A stretch of 63,986 nucleotides of DNA, filler included, from an uncultured Ignavibacteriales bacterium (lineage in GTDB: Bacteria > Zixibacteria > MSB-5A5 > GN15 > JAAZOE01): the NCBI GenBank assembly GCA_964611355.1. It is 4 parts of 4 records of this genome, joined end to end, with 100 filler letters (N's around TTAATTAATTAA, not from the genome) between each part and the next. Parts side by side here need not be neighbours in the genome. Positions count along the whole stretch, not along the records: positions 41,020 to 60,402 come from CAZSYD010000042.1; 3 more parts are not named here. One strand, 5' to 3'. The notes under the pieces were generated by a model, which saw nothing but the letters and a program-made list of their open reading frames with translations, had not been told where the DNA came from and did not search any database. Position numbers and translations under genes: made by a program. This document shows positions 48,843 through 58,640 of the stretch, in pieces (the first letter of the stretch is position 1; the number at the start of each line of letters is the position of its first letter).

Positions 48843-49230
48843 ACACCGAATTCTTGTAGTTGACGACGAGCTTTTGATTCGCGATCTGCTTTACGACTTT
48901 TTTATTACTCAGGACTGGGATATAACCGTCGCTGAGAATGGTCAAAAGGCTATAGACTGTCTGAAAAACCGCCAATTTGACATCGTCCTGACCGATCTCA
49001 AAATGCCGGATATCGACGGTATGGATCTGACCGGTCGAATACGTAATCTGTACGGCGACCTGCCGGTTGTTATTATGACAGGATACCCTTCTCTTGATTC
49101 GGCGCTTGAAGCTCTCAGGCATAAAGTCGATGATTACATCATCAAGCCGTTTAACATCAATCAGTTATTCAAGGTTGTCAAAAAAGCCGTCGAATCAGGG
49201 CGTAAAAACGAAGCCCACGATACGGAGTAG
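48835..49230 (+). CDS. Single-domain response regulator
   Basis: VVDDE, LTDLKMP, IMTG, KPF. Confidence 0.9.
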   Translation: MDKHRILVVDDELLIRDLLYDFFITQDWDITVAENGQKAIDCLKNRQFDIVLTDLKMPDIDGMDLTGRIRNLYGDLPVVIMTGYPSLDSALEALRHKVDDYIIKPFNINQLFKVVKKAVESGRKNEAHDTE

Positions 49231-49421
49231 GAATTGACATGGAGGAGCTTTTCCCGGAAGCGGACCTGACGAGTTGATCAAGTAATAGAAATCAGACGCC
49301 GGATTTGTCCGGAGATAACGTGACAGTAATATATCCCGATGGTGGGGGTTGCTAACGAAGGCCGATTGATGCCGATCGGAATTGTATTTCGGCATCAATT
49401 GATAATAAAGGGGCGAACGAG

Positions 49422-50375
49422 ATGTACGCATTCAGTCAGGACCCGGAATTAAGTAAAGAGGAATTCGATCTCTTTCGCGAGTTTATCCATGAGAAGGCGG
49501 GTATTTATTTTACCGACAATAAAATGTATTTATTGAAAAACCGCCTGGCCAAAAGAATGCGGGATATCGGCATCAAAAGCTACAAGGATTATTTCTACCG
49601 GGTCAAATATGATGTTGCCATGAAAGAATTCAATCAGTTAATGAATCTGGTGACCACCAACGAAACCAGCTTTTTTCGCAATCCTCCTCAATTGAAATCG
49701 TTTTCGGACGAGGCTCTTTCTCAAGTAGTGCAGGAAAAGTTGAGCGGCAAGGGAACGAAAACACTCAAAATATGGTCAGCCGGCTGCTCCACGGGTGAGG
49801 AACCGTATACATTGGCCATTCTCGTGCTTGAACATTTGAAGTCAACGATCGGCTGGAGTGTTGAGATCATCGCCTGTGATATCTCAGAAAGCGTCCTGGC
49901 GGCGGCCAGACGGGGGGTGTATCACGAGATTACTTTGCGGACCACTCCGCCCGATATAAAAGAAAGGTATTTCACCGAAAATGACGGCAAGTACCATATA
50001 ATTCCGGAGGTGAAGAAGCTGGTCCGCTTCGGACATCTTAACCTGAACGATTCCCGGAAACTATCCATGTATTCCGGCATGGATTTTATTTTCTGTCGAA
50101 ATGTAATGATTTATTTCTCGGACGAGGTAAAAAAGCGAATCGTCCGCGGCTTTTATAATGCTCTGAAGCCCGGGGGTTATTTATATATCGGCCACAGCGA
50201 ATCGCTTCACGGTATATCCAAAGCTTTCAAACTGGTTTATTTCAAGAACGCTCTTGTGTACCATAAAGAGGCCAAAAGAGCCGGCTTCGACGTGGCCGCC
50301 GGGGCCGCCTCGCAACAGGGCGTCAGTAGAGCCATAGATCTGCTGAAACAGATCCAGCCGATGACGGTGAAGTGA
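49422..50375 (+). CDS. cheR: Chemotaxis protein-glutamate methyltransferase
   Basis: TTNETSFFR, IWSAGCSTGEEPY, IFCRNVMIYF, IGHSE. Confidence 0.95.
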   Translation: MYAFSQDPELSKEEFDLFREFIHEKAGIYFTDNKMYLLKNRLAKRMRDIGIKSYKDYFYRVKYDVAMKEFNQLMNLVTTNETSFFRNPPQLKSFSDEALSQVVQEKLSGKGTKTLKIWSAGCSTGEEPYTLAILVLEHLKSTIGWSVEIIACDISESVLAAARRGVYHEITLRTTPPDIKERYFTENDGKYHIIPEVKKLVRFGHLNLNDSRKLSMYSGMDFIFCRNVMIYFSDEVKKRIVRGFYNALKPGGYLYIGHSESLHGISKAFKLVYFKNALVYHKEAKRAGFDVAAGAASQQGVSRAIDLLKQIQPMTVK

Positions 50376-50407
50376 AGAAAAGCGATTTTAGAATAGAGGT
50401 GACGACC

Positions 50408-50779
50408 ATGCAACAGACAATATTGGTGGTTGACGATTCCCCGACGGTAGTCAAATTTGTCTCTTTCTCTTTACGGAATCGGGGATTCAACGTCCTGACC
50501 GCCTGCGATGGGATGGACGCCATCGAAAAGATATCGAATCATTCCGCTTCGGTCGATCTTATTATCACCGACCTGAATATGCCCAATGTCGACGGATACG
50601 AGTTTATTTCCACCCTGAGACGCAACAGCAAATACGAGAATATTCCCATTATTATTCTGTCGTCCGAAGAAGAGGAGGCCGACAAGCGGAAGGGAAGGGA
50701 ATCAGGTGCATCGTCATACCTGGTAAAACCGTTTAAATCATCCGTTTTGCTTCACGAAGTTTCCAAGTATTTGAACTGA
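50408..50779 (+). CDS. CheY-like response regulator
   Basis: VVDDS, ITDLNMP, KPF; GAGGTG RBS before ATG 50408. Confidence 0.88.
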   Translation: MQQTILVVDDSPTVVKFVSFSLRNRGFNVLTACDGMDAIEKISNHSASVDLIITDLNMPNVDGYEFISTLRRNSKYENIPIIILSSEEEEADKRKGRESGASSYLVKPFKSSVLLHEVSKYLN

Positions 50780-50813
50780 ATGACAAGTGATTTGAATATA
50801 AAAGGAGGCCGCT

Positions 50814-51191
50814 TTGGCTGATCTGAAGATTCTTGCGGTGGATGATTCTCCAACCATGCGGAGAATCATAACCAATACCCTAAAGAGGGCGGGGTATTCG
50901 GACATAACCGAAGCAACCGACGGCAAGGATGCTTTGGCCAAAATGAAGGTGAGCTCATTCAACTTTATCATCACCGACTGGAATATGCCGGAGATGGACG
51001 GCATGGAATTCGTGACCACCCTGAGAAAGAACCCGGAATTCAAGAGTATTCCGGTTCTGATGGTGACCACGCGGTCCGTGCAGGATGATATTGTTGAGGC
51101 GATTAAGGCCGGAATTAGCAGCTATATCGTCAAGCCGTTTACTCCCGATACCCTGAAAGATAAAATTAACGAAATTCTGGCCAATGTGTAA
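50814..51191 (+). CDS. cheY: Chemotaxis response regulator CheY
   Basis: AVDDSPTMRRI, ITDWNMPEMDG, VLMVT, YIVKPFT. Confidence 0.9.
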   Translation: MADLKILAVDDSPTMRRIITNTLKRAGYSDITEATDGKDALAKMKVSSFNFIITDWNMPEMDGMEFVTTLRKNPEFKSIPVLMVTTRSVQDDIVEAIKAGISSYIVKPFTPDTLKDKINEILANV

Positions 51192-51202
51192 AGGAGTCAG
51201 CC

Positions 51203-51829
51203 ATGTCAGAAGAACAAGCACGAGATGTTGGTAATTTTTTCCCGGCGAAGGTGCGCAGCGAGTTGGAAAAATTAACCGACTCCATCAACACCATAATGAA
51301 CAATATGAGGAAAATGCAGAACCCGATCCTGGAATCCCGGGAACAACTCCCGCAGGCCAATGCCCAGCTCGACAAAGTTTCGGCTCAGACTGAAAAGGCC
51401 GCCAATAAAATGCTCGATTTGGTCGAGCAGATCATAGATCATCAGGAAAAGGTCGTCCAACTTTCGGATGATTTGACCGGATTCCTCAGGAGGTCGCGCG
51501 CCAGGGACAGAGACGTTTACCGCGACAATGTCAAGCGCATCAATGAAATGGCCGCGACATCGCAAAATAACGCCTTTATGATTATGGATGCTCTCCAGTT
51601 TCAAGATATTACCGCCCAGCAGGTAAATCATGCCTCTTCGTTGCTGGAGGATATTGAAAGCCGCCTGCAAAATCTGTTGGGCGTGTTTGACGGCAAGGAC
51701 GTTTCGGAACTCAAAAACATGCCGTCTTCAAAAAAGGAACGCGCGTATGATCCGGGCGCCGACCTTTTCGAAGGGCGGGATCAGAAGGAAGTGGACGACA
51801 TTATTTCTCAGACCACCGGCGCTAAATAA
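51203..51829 (+). CDS. cheZ: CheZ-family phosphatase
   Basis: TEKAANKMLD, ALQFQDITAQ (DXXXQ), C-terminal DQKEVDDII peptide. Confidence 0.85.
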   Translation: MSEEQARDVGNFFPAKVRSELEKLTDSINTIMNNMRKMQNPILESREQLPQANAQLDKVSAQTEKAANKMLDLVEQIIDHQEKVVQLSDDLTGFLRRSRARDRDVYRDNVKRINEMAATSQNNAFMIMDALQFQDITAQQVNHASSLLEDIESRLQNLLGVFDGKDVSELKNMPSSKKERAYDPGADLFEGRDQKEVDDIISQTTGAK

Positions 51830-51849
51830 TCTAAAGGTGTGGAGTTGTT

Positions 51850-53577
51850 ATGTCGACGGTTGACGCTGAACAAGATGAGATGCGGGAAATTATAAACGAT
51901 TTCCTGGTTGAAGCGGAAGAGTTAGTAAATTCCCTTGACAATAATCTGGTTACGCTGGAGGAAAAGCCGAATGATCTGGAGTTGCTCAATGAGATATTTC
52001 GCGCCGCACATACCATAAAAGGTACGTCCGGTTTTCTGGGGCTGGATAAGATTACGTCGCTGACCCATGAGATGGAGGACGTACTTAACAAACTCCGCAA
52101 GGAGGAACTCAAGGTCACCAGCGGCATAATGGACGTCGTCCTCGAATCGGTCGATATACTCAAAATCCTGCTTGAAGATGTTTCTCAGGGAAGAGAGAGC
52201 GACCTCGATATTGAAGCCGTCAGGACAAAGCTGATTGCAATTGTTGAGGGCGGATCATCGTCCGATGTCCCGGCTGAGGAAGCGAAACCTCCCGAGCCGA
52301 AAGAACCGCCGGCCGAAACGGCGCTGAAGGATGTCGAGCCGGAGAAAGCAAAAAGGGCGACGGGAAAAAAGGAACCCACCCAAAAAGGCGTGGATCAGAC
52401 TATCCGCGTCGACGTTAACCGTCTTGACAGCCTGATGAACCTCATGGGCGAACTTGTTCTTGGGCGGAATGCGCTGATGCAAACCAGCAATCGCTTCGTC
52501 AAAAAGCATGAGGATCTGGATGGTATCGACGATCTGGCCCGGGCCGGCGCCCAGATAAACTTCATCACCACCGAAATCCAGACGGCGGTTATGAAGATGC
52601 GGATGCTGCCGATCGGCAAGGTGTTTGGCAAGTTCCCGCGCATGGTTCGTGATCTGGCGCGCGAGAAAAACAAGAAAATCAGCCTCGAGATTTATGGCGA
52701 GGAGACTGAACTGGACAAATCGGTCATCGAGGAAATAGGAGATCCGCTTGTACATCTGATCCGCAATTCGTGTGACCATGGTGTTGAATCTCCCGAAGAA
52801 AGAATTGCTGCGGGTAAACCGGAAACCGGCACTATTCGCCTGGGGGCCGCACAGGAAGGTTCCAGCATCGTCGTTACCATTGAAGATGACGGTAAGGGGA
52901 TGGATGTCGAAGCGATTAAGAAAAAAGCTGTCGAGAGAGGTCTGATTACCGAAAAAGCGGCCGAAAAACTCTCGAATCAGGAAGTTTTTCGTTTCATATT
53001 CCGGCCGGGTTTTTCCACGGCCAAGAAAGTCACCAACGTTTCCGGGCGGGGCGTCGGAATGGACGTGGTAAAAACAAATATCGAGAAGCTCAAGGGAATC
53101 ATTGAAGTTGAATCAACGTTCGGCGTCGGCAGCAAGATCAGTGTAAAACTTCCCCTGACGCTGGCTATAATCCAGGGGCTTTTAGTGGTCAGTCGGGGAG
53201 AGGTATATATCATTCCTCTGGGATCTGTCCTTGAGATGATTCGGATTTCCAGGGAGGATATTGATTCGGTCAATAGATGCGACGTTATAACGCTGCGCGA
53301 GGGAGTATTGCCGATTGTCGACCTGAACTATATTCTGAAAGGTAACCGGAGGGGCAGTCGCGAAAATGAAAAACCATACGTGGTCGTAGTCGGCCTTGCG
53401 GAAAAACGGCTTGGGTTGATTGTCGATGAAGTCCTCGGTCAGGAGGAAGTCGTCATCAAATCAATGGGCGAAATGCTTGGTGTTACCAAAGGTGTGGCCG
53501 GCGCCACAATTCTGGGAGACGGCCGGGTGAGATTGATTGTTGATCTTATCGGCCTGTTTGAACTGGCCGGCGGTTAA
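51850..53577 (+). CDS. cheA: Chemotaxis histidine kinase CheA (no P2 domain evident)
   Basis: FRAAHTIKG, TIRVDV, HLIRNSCDHG, SGRGVGMDVV, C-terminal CheW-like domain. Confidence 0.95.
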   Translation: MSTVDAEQDEMREIINDFLVEAEELVNSLDNNLVTLEEKPNDLELLNEIFRAAHTIKGTSGFLGLDKITSLTHEMEDVLNKLRKEELKVTSGIMDVVLESVDILKILLEDVSQGRESDLDIEAVRTKLIAIVEGGSSSDVPAEEAKPPEPKEPPAETALKDVEPEKAKRATGKKEPTQKGVDQTIRVDVNRLDSLMNLMGELVLGRNALMQTSNRFVKKHEDLDGIDDLARAGAQINFITTEIQTAVMKMRMLPIGKVFGKFPRMVRDLAREKNKKISLEIYGEETELDKSVIEEIGDPLVHLIRNSCDHGVESPEERIAAGKPETGTIRLGAAQEGSSIVVTIEDDGKGMDVEAIKKKAVERGLITEKAAEKLSNQEVFRFIFRPGFSTAKKVTNVSGRGVGMDVVKTNIEKLKGIIEVESTFGVGSKISVKLPLTLAIIQGLLVVSRGEVYIIPLGSVLEMIRISREDIDSVNRCDVITLREGVLPIVDLNYILKGNRRGSRENEKPYVVVVGLAEKRLGLIVDEVLGQEEVVIKSMGEMLGVTKGVAGATILGDGRVRLIVDLIGLFELAGG

Positions 53578-53601
53578 ATCCCAACCGGCCCTGGGGAGTA
53601 T

Positions 53602-54708
53602 ATGTCCGAAAGTAGGAAAATCAGAGTTCTGGTGGTGGATGATTCCGCTTTCATGCGTAAAGCCATAAGTATGATGATCGGTGATGATCCGCAGATCGAA
53701 GTCGTTGGTACGGCCATCAACGGGGAAGAAGGGCTGCAGAAAGTTCATGAACTGTCGCCTGATTTGGTCACGATGGATATCGAGATGCCGCGCATGGACG
53801 GACTGACCGCCCTGCGTAAAATAATGGAGGAGAAACCGACCCCGGTGATGATGGTTTCTTCCCTGACGTCCGAAGGCGCGCAGGCGACTCTCGATGCTCT
53901 CGAACTGGGGGCCGTTGATTTTATTCCCAAACAACTGTCATATGTTTCTCTCGACATTGTTAAAATTAAAAAGGAACTGGTTGAAAAAGTAAAGTATATC
54001 AGCAATAGGAAACACCTGCTTATGGCCGGCTTCCGTAACCGCAGGGCCGGACAGATAAGTAGAGCAAAAGCCGCTGCCCGAAGACAGGAAGCGCCAGCCC
54101 AACCGGTCGCGCCGTCACGGCGGCCTTCAAGGCGGAAAATGAATCTGCGGGTTGTCGCTATCGGCACCTCGACCGGCGGTCCCCCCGCCCTTCAGGCGGT
54201 CATCCCCAATCTGCCGAAAGGCTTCTCCGTTCCGGTTCTGGTTGTGCAGCATATGCCGCCCACCTTTACCAAGTCTCTGGCTAATCGACTGAACGGACTA
54301 TCGCCCTTGCAGGTGAAGGAAGCCGAAAATGGAGAACTGGCGGAGAAGGGAATCGTATACATTGCTCCCGGTGACAAGCATATGACCCTTACCAGGACGG
54401 GCGTCGAAAATTTCATCAGACTTTCCGATGAACCGGCGGGTGTACTTTACAGGCCGTCGGTCGATATCATGATGGATTCGGTAGCCGACCATTTTGTCGG
54501 AACCACAATGGGCGTCATTATGACCGGCATGGGACATGACGGCGTGGAAGCATTAAAGAAAATAAAGAAGGCCGGCGGCGTTGTTATCGCCCAGAATGAG
54601 GAAACCTGCGTCGTGTACGGTATGCCGCGTGCGGCCGTTGAAGCTCGCATTACCGACCGCGTCTCTCCAATAGACCGGATTGCTTCCGATATTGTCAGCT
54701 ATTTTTAG
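53602..54708 (+). CDS. cheB: Chemotaxis methylesterase CheB
   Basis: Receiver domain, GTSTGGP, VQHMP, RPSVD, MTGMGHDG. Confidence 0.95.
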   Translation: MSESRKIRVLVVDDSAFMRKAISMMIGDDPQIEVVGTAINGEEGLQKVHELSPDLVTMDIEMPRMDGLTALRKIMEEKPTPVMMVSSLTSEGAQATLDALELGAVDFIPKQLSYVSLDIVKIKKELVEKVKYISNRKHLLMAGFRNRRAGQISRAKAAARRQEAPAQPVAPSRRPSRRKMNLRVVAIGTSTGGPPALQAVIPNLPKGFSVPVLVVQHMPPTFTKSLANRLNGLSPLQVKEAENGELAEKGIVYIAPGDKHMTLTRTGVENFIRLSDEPAGVLYRPSVDIMMDSVADHFVGTTMGVIMTGMGHDGVEALKKIKKAGGVVIAQNEETCVVYGMPRAAVEARITDRVSPIDRIASDIVSYF

Positions 54709-54759
54709 GCGGTTATTGTAGAAGATTATTCGGGCTTCGTTTATTCGGCTAATCTTTAT

Positions 54760-54781
54760 CGGGCATTGGGCCCGTTTTTTT
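54760..54781 (+). terminator. Intrinsic terminator after cheB
   Basis: CGGGC-ATTGG-GCCCG followed by T7. Confidence 0.6.
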
Positions 54782-54820
54782 GTTGATTTCGAAACGGCGG
54801 AGCTTCAGTTTAGTAACGCT

Positions 54821-56116
54821 ATGGAAGGCACGGAATCAATAACCGAAGAAGGAAAGCCGGAAATCGAACTGCTCCAATTCAAAGAGTCGTTCGAAACATT
54901 CAGCAATATAATCAACAACCTGCAACGGCAGTACCTGACGCTGGAGAATGAATACCGCGAGCAGGGCCGCAAACTCGAAGAGATCAACCAGCAACTCCGC
55001 CATACGATTGCCGCCAACCGGTCGGTTACTTCCTTTCTGAATTCGATATTGACGTCGCTGACTTCCGGCGTGGTAGCTGTCGATCAGGCCGGAGTTATCT
55101 CTCATTTCAATCCGGCTGCGGAGCGAATTACCGAAGTCTCCACGGCGCGGGCCCTGGGCCGCAAGTATGACGAGGTTATTTCGGCCAAAAGCGGCGGACG
55201 TTTTTCAGCCTTCGATACCGTTATGTCGGGAATCGAGTTCGAATCCGAAGAAAAGGTCATCATCAATAAAATGGGCGAAGAGATACCGGTTTCGGTATCC
55301 ACGTCGCTTTTGCGCGACGAGGACGGCAATCATTACGGCGCCGTTGAGATTTTTTTCGATATGACCAAGATCAGGAAACTGGAAGAAGAAGTCAGTCGGG
55401 TAAAAACGCTGGCCGCGCTGGGGGAGATGGCGGCGACAGTGGCTCACGAGGTGCGTAATCCGCTGGGCGGCATCGGCGGTTTTGCTGCGCTTCTTAAGCG
55501 TGAACTCGAAGGAGACGAAGATAAAATCCGGCTGGCGGATAAAATAATCACCGGCGTGAATACCCTTAATCAAACGGTCGTTTCACTTCTCGACTACACC
55601 AGAAGGGATCAGTTGAATCTGCGCGAGGTTTCGCTGGAGACATTAATTCAGGAAAGCGTTGAATATGAACAGGCCGATCGGGACAACCCAAAGGAAGGCG
55701 GCAGACAGCCTGACGTTAAAATGGAAGTCCTCGTCGGCGACAGGAATCTGAAGCTCAAATGCGATCCTCATCTTATGCGCCAGGTACTGCTGAATCTTCT
55801 CCGCAACAGCCGCGAAGCGATGCCTGACGGCGGACGAATAACCATCCTGGCTGATAAGGTCACGGAAAGCAACGATTGCCCCGTGCCGTTTCCGGCTGTC
55901 TGGATCGAAGTGGAGGATACGGGAATCGGTATCAGTAAACGGATTCAAAACAGGATATTTCAACCGTTTTTCTCAACCAAACGCGGGAACAAGGGTTCCG
56001 GTTTGGGCCTGGCCTCGGTCTGGAAAACCGTACAGGCTCACGGAGGCGAAGTGACCGCTTCCTCCGAGGAGGGCAAAGGCTCGGTTTTCAAAATATTTCT
56101 ACCTCTCAACCTGTAA
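54821..56116 (+). CDS. Cytoplasmic PAS histidine kinase (FlrB/FleS-like)
   Basis: PAS FNPAAE, AHEVRNPL, NLLRNS, DTGIG, GSGLGL; no TM segment. Confidence 0.9.
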   Translation: MEGTESITEEGKPEIELLQFKESFETFSNIINNLQRQYLTLENEYREQGRKLEEINQQLRHTIAANRSVTSFLNSILTSLTSGVVAVDQAGVISHFNPAAERITEVSTARALGRKYDEVISAKSGGRFSAFDTVMSGIEFESEEKVIINKMGEEIPVSVSTSLLRDEDGNHYGAVEIFFDMTKIRKLEEEVSRVKTLAALGEMAATVAHEVRNPLGGIGGFAALLKRELEGDEDKIRLADKIITGVNTLNQTVVSLLDYTRRDQLNLREVSLETLIQESVEYEQADRDNPKEGGRQPDVKMEVLVGDRNLKLKCDPHLMRQVLLNLLRNSREAMPDGGRITILADKVTESNDCPVPFPAVWIEVEDTGIGISKRIQNRIFQPFFSTKRGNKGSGLGLASVWKTVQAHGGEVTASSEEGKGSVFKIFLPLNL

Positions 56117-56133
56117 AAACCGGCGGGCAAAAT

Positions 56134-57489
56134 ATGAGACTCAATATACTTCTCGTGGATGACGACAAGCTGGTCAATGAGTTTATCGGCGAAACGCTCC
56201 GGCGCGTGCGTCATAATACTACCATCGCCTATTCGGGAGAGGAAGCCGGAAAAATCCTGGAGCAGTCGGCTTTTGATGTTGTTCTCACCGACATCAAAAT
56301 GCAGAAGGTCTCCGGAATGGACATACTCAAATACGTCAAGACCAATCATCCCGACACCGAAGTTATTATGATGACCGCCTACGGCACGGTGCAAAACGCC
56401 GTCGAGGCGATGAAACTGGGCGCCTTTGATTATCTGGTCAAGCCGTTTTCGCCCGACGAGATCGAGCTGGTCGTCAACAGGGCGGGTGAGTATATATCGC
56501 TTCGGTCCGAGAACCGCCGGCTCCGCGCTGAAGTCAACGAGAAGTACAAAAGCCTGGTCGGCGCATCCAGGAAGATGACCGATATTATTGAGCTTATCAA
56601 GAATGTCGCTCCCAGCCGTTCAACGATTATGATCAGCGGCGAATCGGGAACCGGCAAAGAACTGATTGCCCGCGCCATTCATTTCAATTCCGGTCGGGCC
56701 GATCAGCCGTTTATAAAACTCAACTGTCCCGCTTTACCGGAAGGGCTGGTGGAGTCGGAACTGTTCGGGCACGAAAAGGGAGCTTTTACCGGCGCGGCCC
56801 GCCAGACGCGGGGCCGATTCGAACTGGCCGACGGCGGTACGCTTCTATTGGACGAAATTTCCGAGATTCCGATTACCCTGCAGGGCAAGCTCCTGCGCGT
56901 GCTTCAGGAGCGCGAATTTGAGCGGGTCGGTTCCGGTCATACGATTCAGGTTGATGTTCGCATCATCGCCACCACCAACCGGAATATCAAAAAGGAAATC
57001 GCCGACGGCAATTTCCGCGAGGATTTATTCTATCGTCTTAATGTTATCCCGATAGATGTCCCGCCGCTTCGGGAAAGGCTGGATGATATCCCGCTTCTGC
57101 TCGATTATTTCATGGGAAAGTACTGTGCGGAGACCGGCAAAAATATCAAGGGTTTGGATGATTCGGCGATGCGTCTTTTTATGAAATATCACTGGCCGGG
57201 CAACGTCCGCGAACTGGAGAATTTCGTCGAACGGGCGGTTGTGATATCTCAGAACGACGTCTTGAGCGCCAAAGATTTTCCGCAATCGCTGGTTTTGGGC
57301 AAAATCGAGGATAACGGCGGCGATTTCCAGGTCGGCATGAGCGTGCACGACGCCGAAAAGCTTTTGATTTTGCGCACTCTTGAAACTCAGGACGGCAACC
57401 GCACCCGCGCCGCCGATATACTGGGCATCAACCCCCGCACCCTGCGCAACAAACTGAACGAATACGGAATCAAAGATACCGACGATTGA
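56134..57489 (+). CDS. sigma54-dependent response regulator (NtrC/FlrC-like)
   Basis: Receiver, GESGTGKE, GAFTGA, LLDEI, WPGNVREL, Fis-type HTH. Confidence 0.94.
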   Translation: MRLNILLVDDDKLVNEFIGETLRRVRHNTTIAYSGEEAGKILEQSAFDVVLTDIKMQKVSGMDILKYVKTNHPDTEVIMMTAYGTVQNAVEAMKLGAFDYLVKPFSPDEIELVVNRAGEYISLRSENRRLRAEVNEKYKSLVGASRKMTDIIELIKNVAPSRSTIMISGESGTGKELIARAIHFNSGRADQPFIKLNCPALPEGLVESELFGHEKGAFTGAARQTRGRFELADGGTLLLDEISEIPITLQGKLLRVLQEREFERVGSGHTIQVDVRIIATTNRNIKKEIADGNFREDLFYRLNVIPIDVPPLRERLDDIPLLLDYFMGKYCAETGKNIKGLDDSAMRLFMKYHWPGNVRELENFVERAVVISQNDVLSAKDFPQSLVLGKIEDNGGDFQVGMSVHDAEKLLILRTLETQDGNRTRAADILGINPRTLRNKLNEYGIKDTDD

Positions 57490-57492
57490 TGT

Positions 57493-57528
57493 TTCTTTTG
57501 CTTCTTCTGCTTCTTTTGCTTCTTTTGT
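57493..57528 (+). repeat. 9-bp tandem repeat x4
   Basis: TTCTTTTGC TTCTTCTGC TTCTTTTGC TTCTTTTGT. Confidence 0.8.
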
Positions 57529-57613
57529 TTCATTCGATTTACTTTTCGTGCGCCGCTTATGGGATTTTTCTTGTATTGATGGCGCAGGTTTGCCTAAAAC
57601 CTGAAAACATTTC

Positions 57614-57645
57614 GTAGGGGCGGTTACGCGGATGGTTGCCCGCCC
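57614..57645 (+). repeat. GTAG REP-like palindrome
   Basis: GTAG followed by GGGCGG..CCGCCC between convergent genes. Confidence 0.45.
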
Positions 57646-57651
57646 TCAAAG

Positions 57652-58629
57652 TCAAATGTCTGCAAGATACAGGCGCTGCTGGAGGTAGTTTTGCACGTAG
57701 TCGCGTACCGCGTCCGGAAGGGGAGTGACGGACTTCTCATAACCTGCCTGCTGGAGTTTGCCCATTTCCGCCTTCGTGTGATACTGGTATTTCTCGCGAA
57801 GTGCTTTCGGCATTTCCACGTACTCTATGTTTTCTTTCAAGCCCATGGCGTCAAAGATGGCAGTTCCGACCGTATTCCACGAACTTGCCGTGCCGGACCC
57901 TACGTTGAAAATGCCGCATATCTCCGGGTTATCGAAGAAAAAAAGAGTCATCTCAACTGCATCTTTGATGTAGATGAAGTCGCGGAGCTGCTCACCATCA
58001 GCGTATTCCCTGCGATATGATTTGAAAAGGCACAGTCTGCCGGTTTCTTTTATCTTCTCATATCCCTTGCAGACAAGACTACGCATATCCCCCTTGTGGT
58101 ACTCATTCGGACCAAAGACATTGAAATATTTCAGGCCCGTGATCTTGTCGAGCAATTTGTTTCTATGGGCCCAAACGTCGAACATTCGCTTGCTCATGGC
58201 ATACATGTTAAGCGGCACAAACACCGACGGGTCTTTCACTTCGTCGCTGTATCCTTTTGAACCGTCACCGTAGGTGGCCGCGCTGGAGGCGTAGATGAAA
58301 CGTATGGCCTCCCTGGCTGCGAACTCTGCGACATATTTTGTGTATTCAAAGTTGTTCTTAACGAGAAACATGGCATCGGTTTCGGTTGTGCTCGAGCAGG
58401 CGCCCATGTGGAAGATTGCCTCTGTTCCTTTCCTGAACTTTCCGGCAAGCACGGCGTTCAGAAAATCACCTTTTTCCAGGTAATCCGTAAAGTATAATCC
58501 CGCCAGATTCTTCCACTTCTCGGAATTCTCGAGTTCATCCACAACGATGATATCGGTCCTGCCCCTTGCATTAAGTGCCCACACGATAGCGCTTCCAATG
58601 AACCCTGCTCCTCCAGTTACGATGATCAT
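57652..58629 (-). CDS. hldD: ADP-L-glycero-D-manno-heptose 6-epimerase
   Basis: MIIVTGGAGFIGS, HMGACSSTTE, YASSAATYG, PLNMYAMSK, YFNVFGPNEYHKG. Confidence 0.93.
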   Translation of the reverse strand: MIIVTGGAGFIGSAIVWALNARGRTDIIVVDELENSEKWKNLAGLYFTDYLEKGDFLNAVLAGKFRKGTEAIFHMGACSSTTETDAMFLVKNNFEYTKYVAEFAAREAIRFIYASSAATYGDGSKGYSDEVKDPSVFVPLNMYAMSKRMFDVWAHRNKLLDKITGLKYFNVFGPNEYHKGDMRSLVCKGYEKIKETGRLCLFKSYRREYADGEQLRDFIYIKDAVEMTLFFFDNPEICGIFNVGSGTASSWNTVGTAIFDAMGLKENIEYVEMPKALREKYQYHTKAEMGKLQQAGYEKSVTPLPDAVRDYVQNYLQQRLYLADI

Positions 58630-58640
58630 TGCTCGACTTT

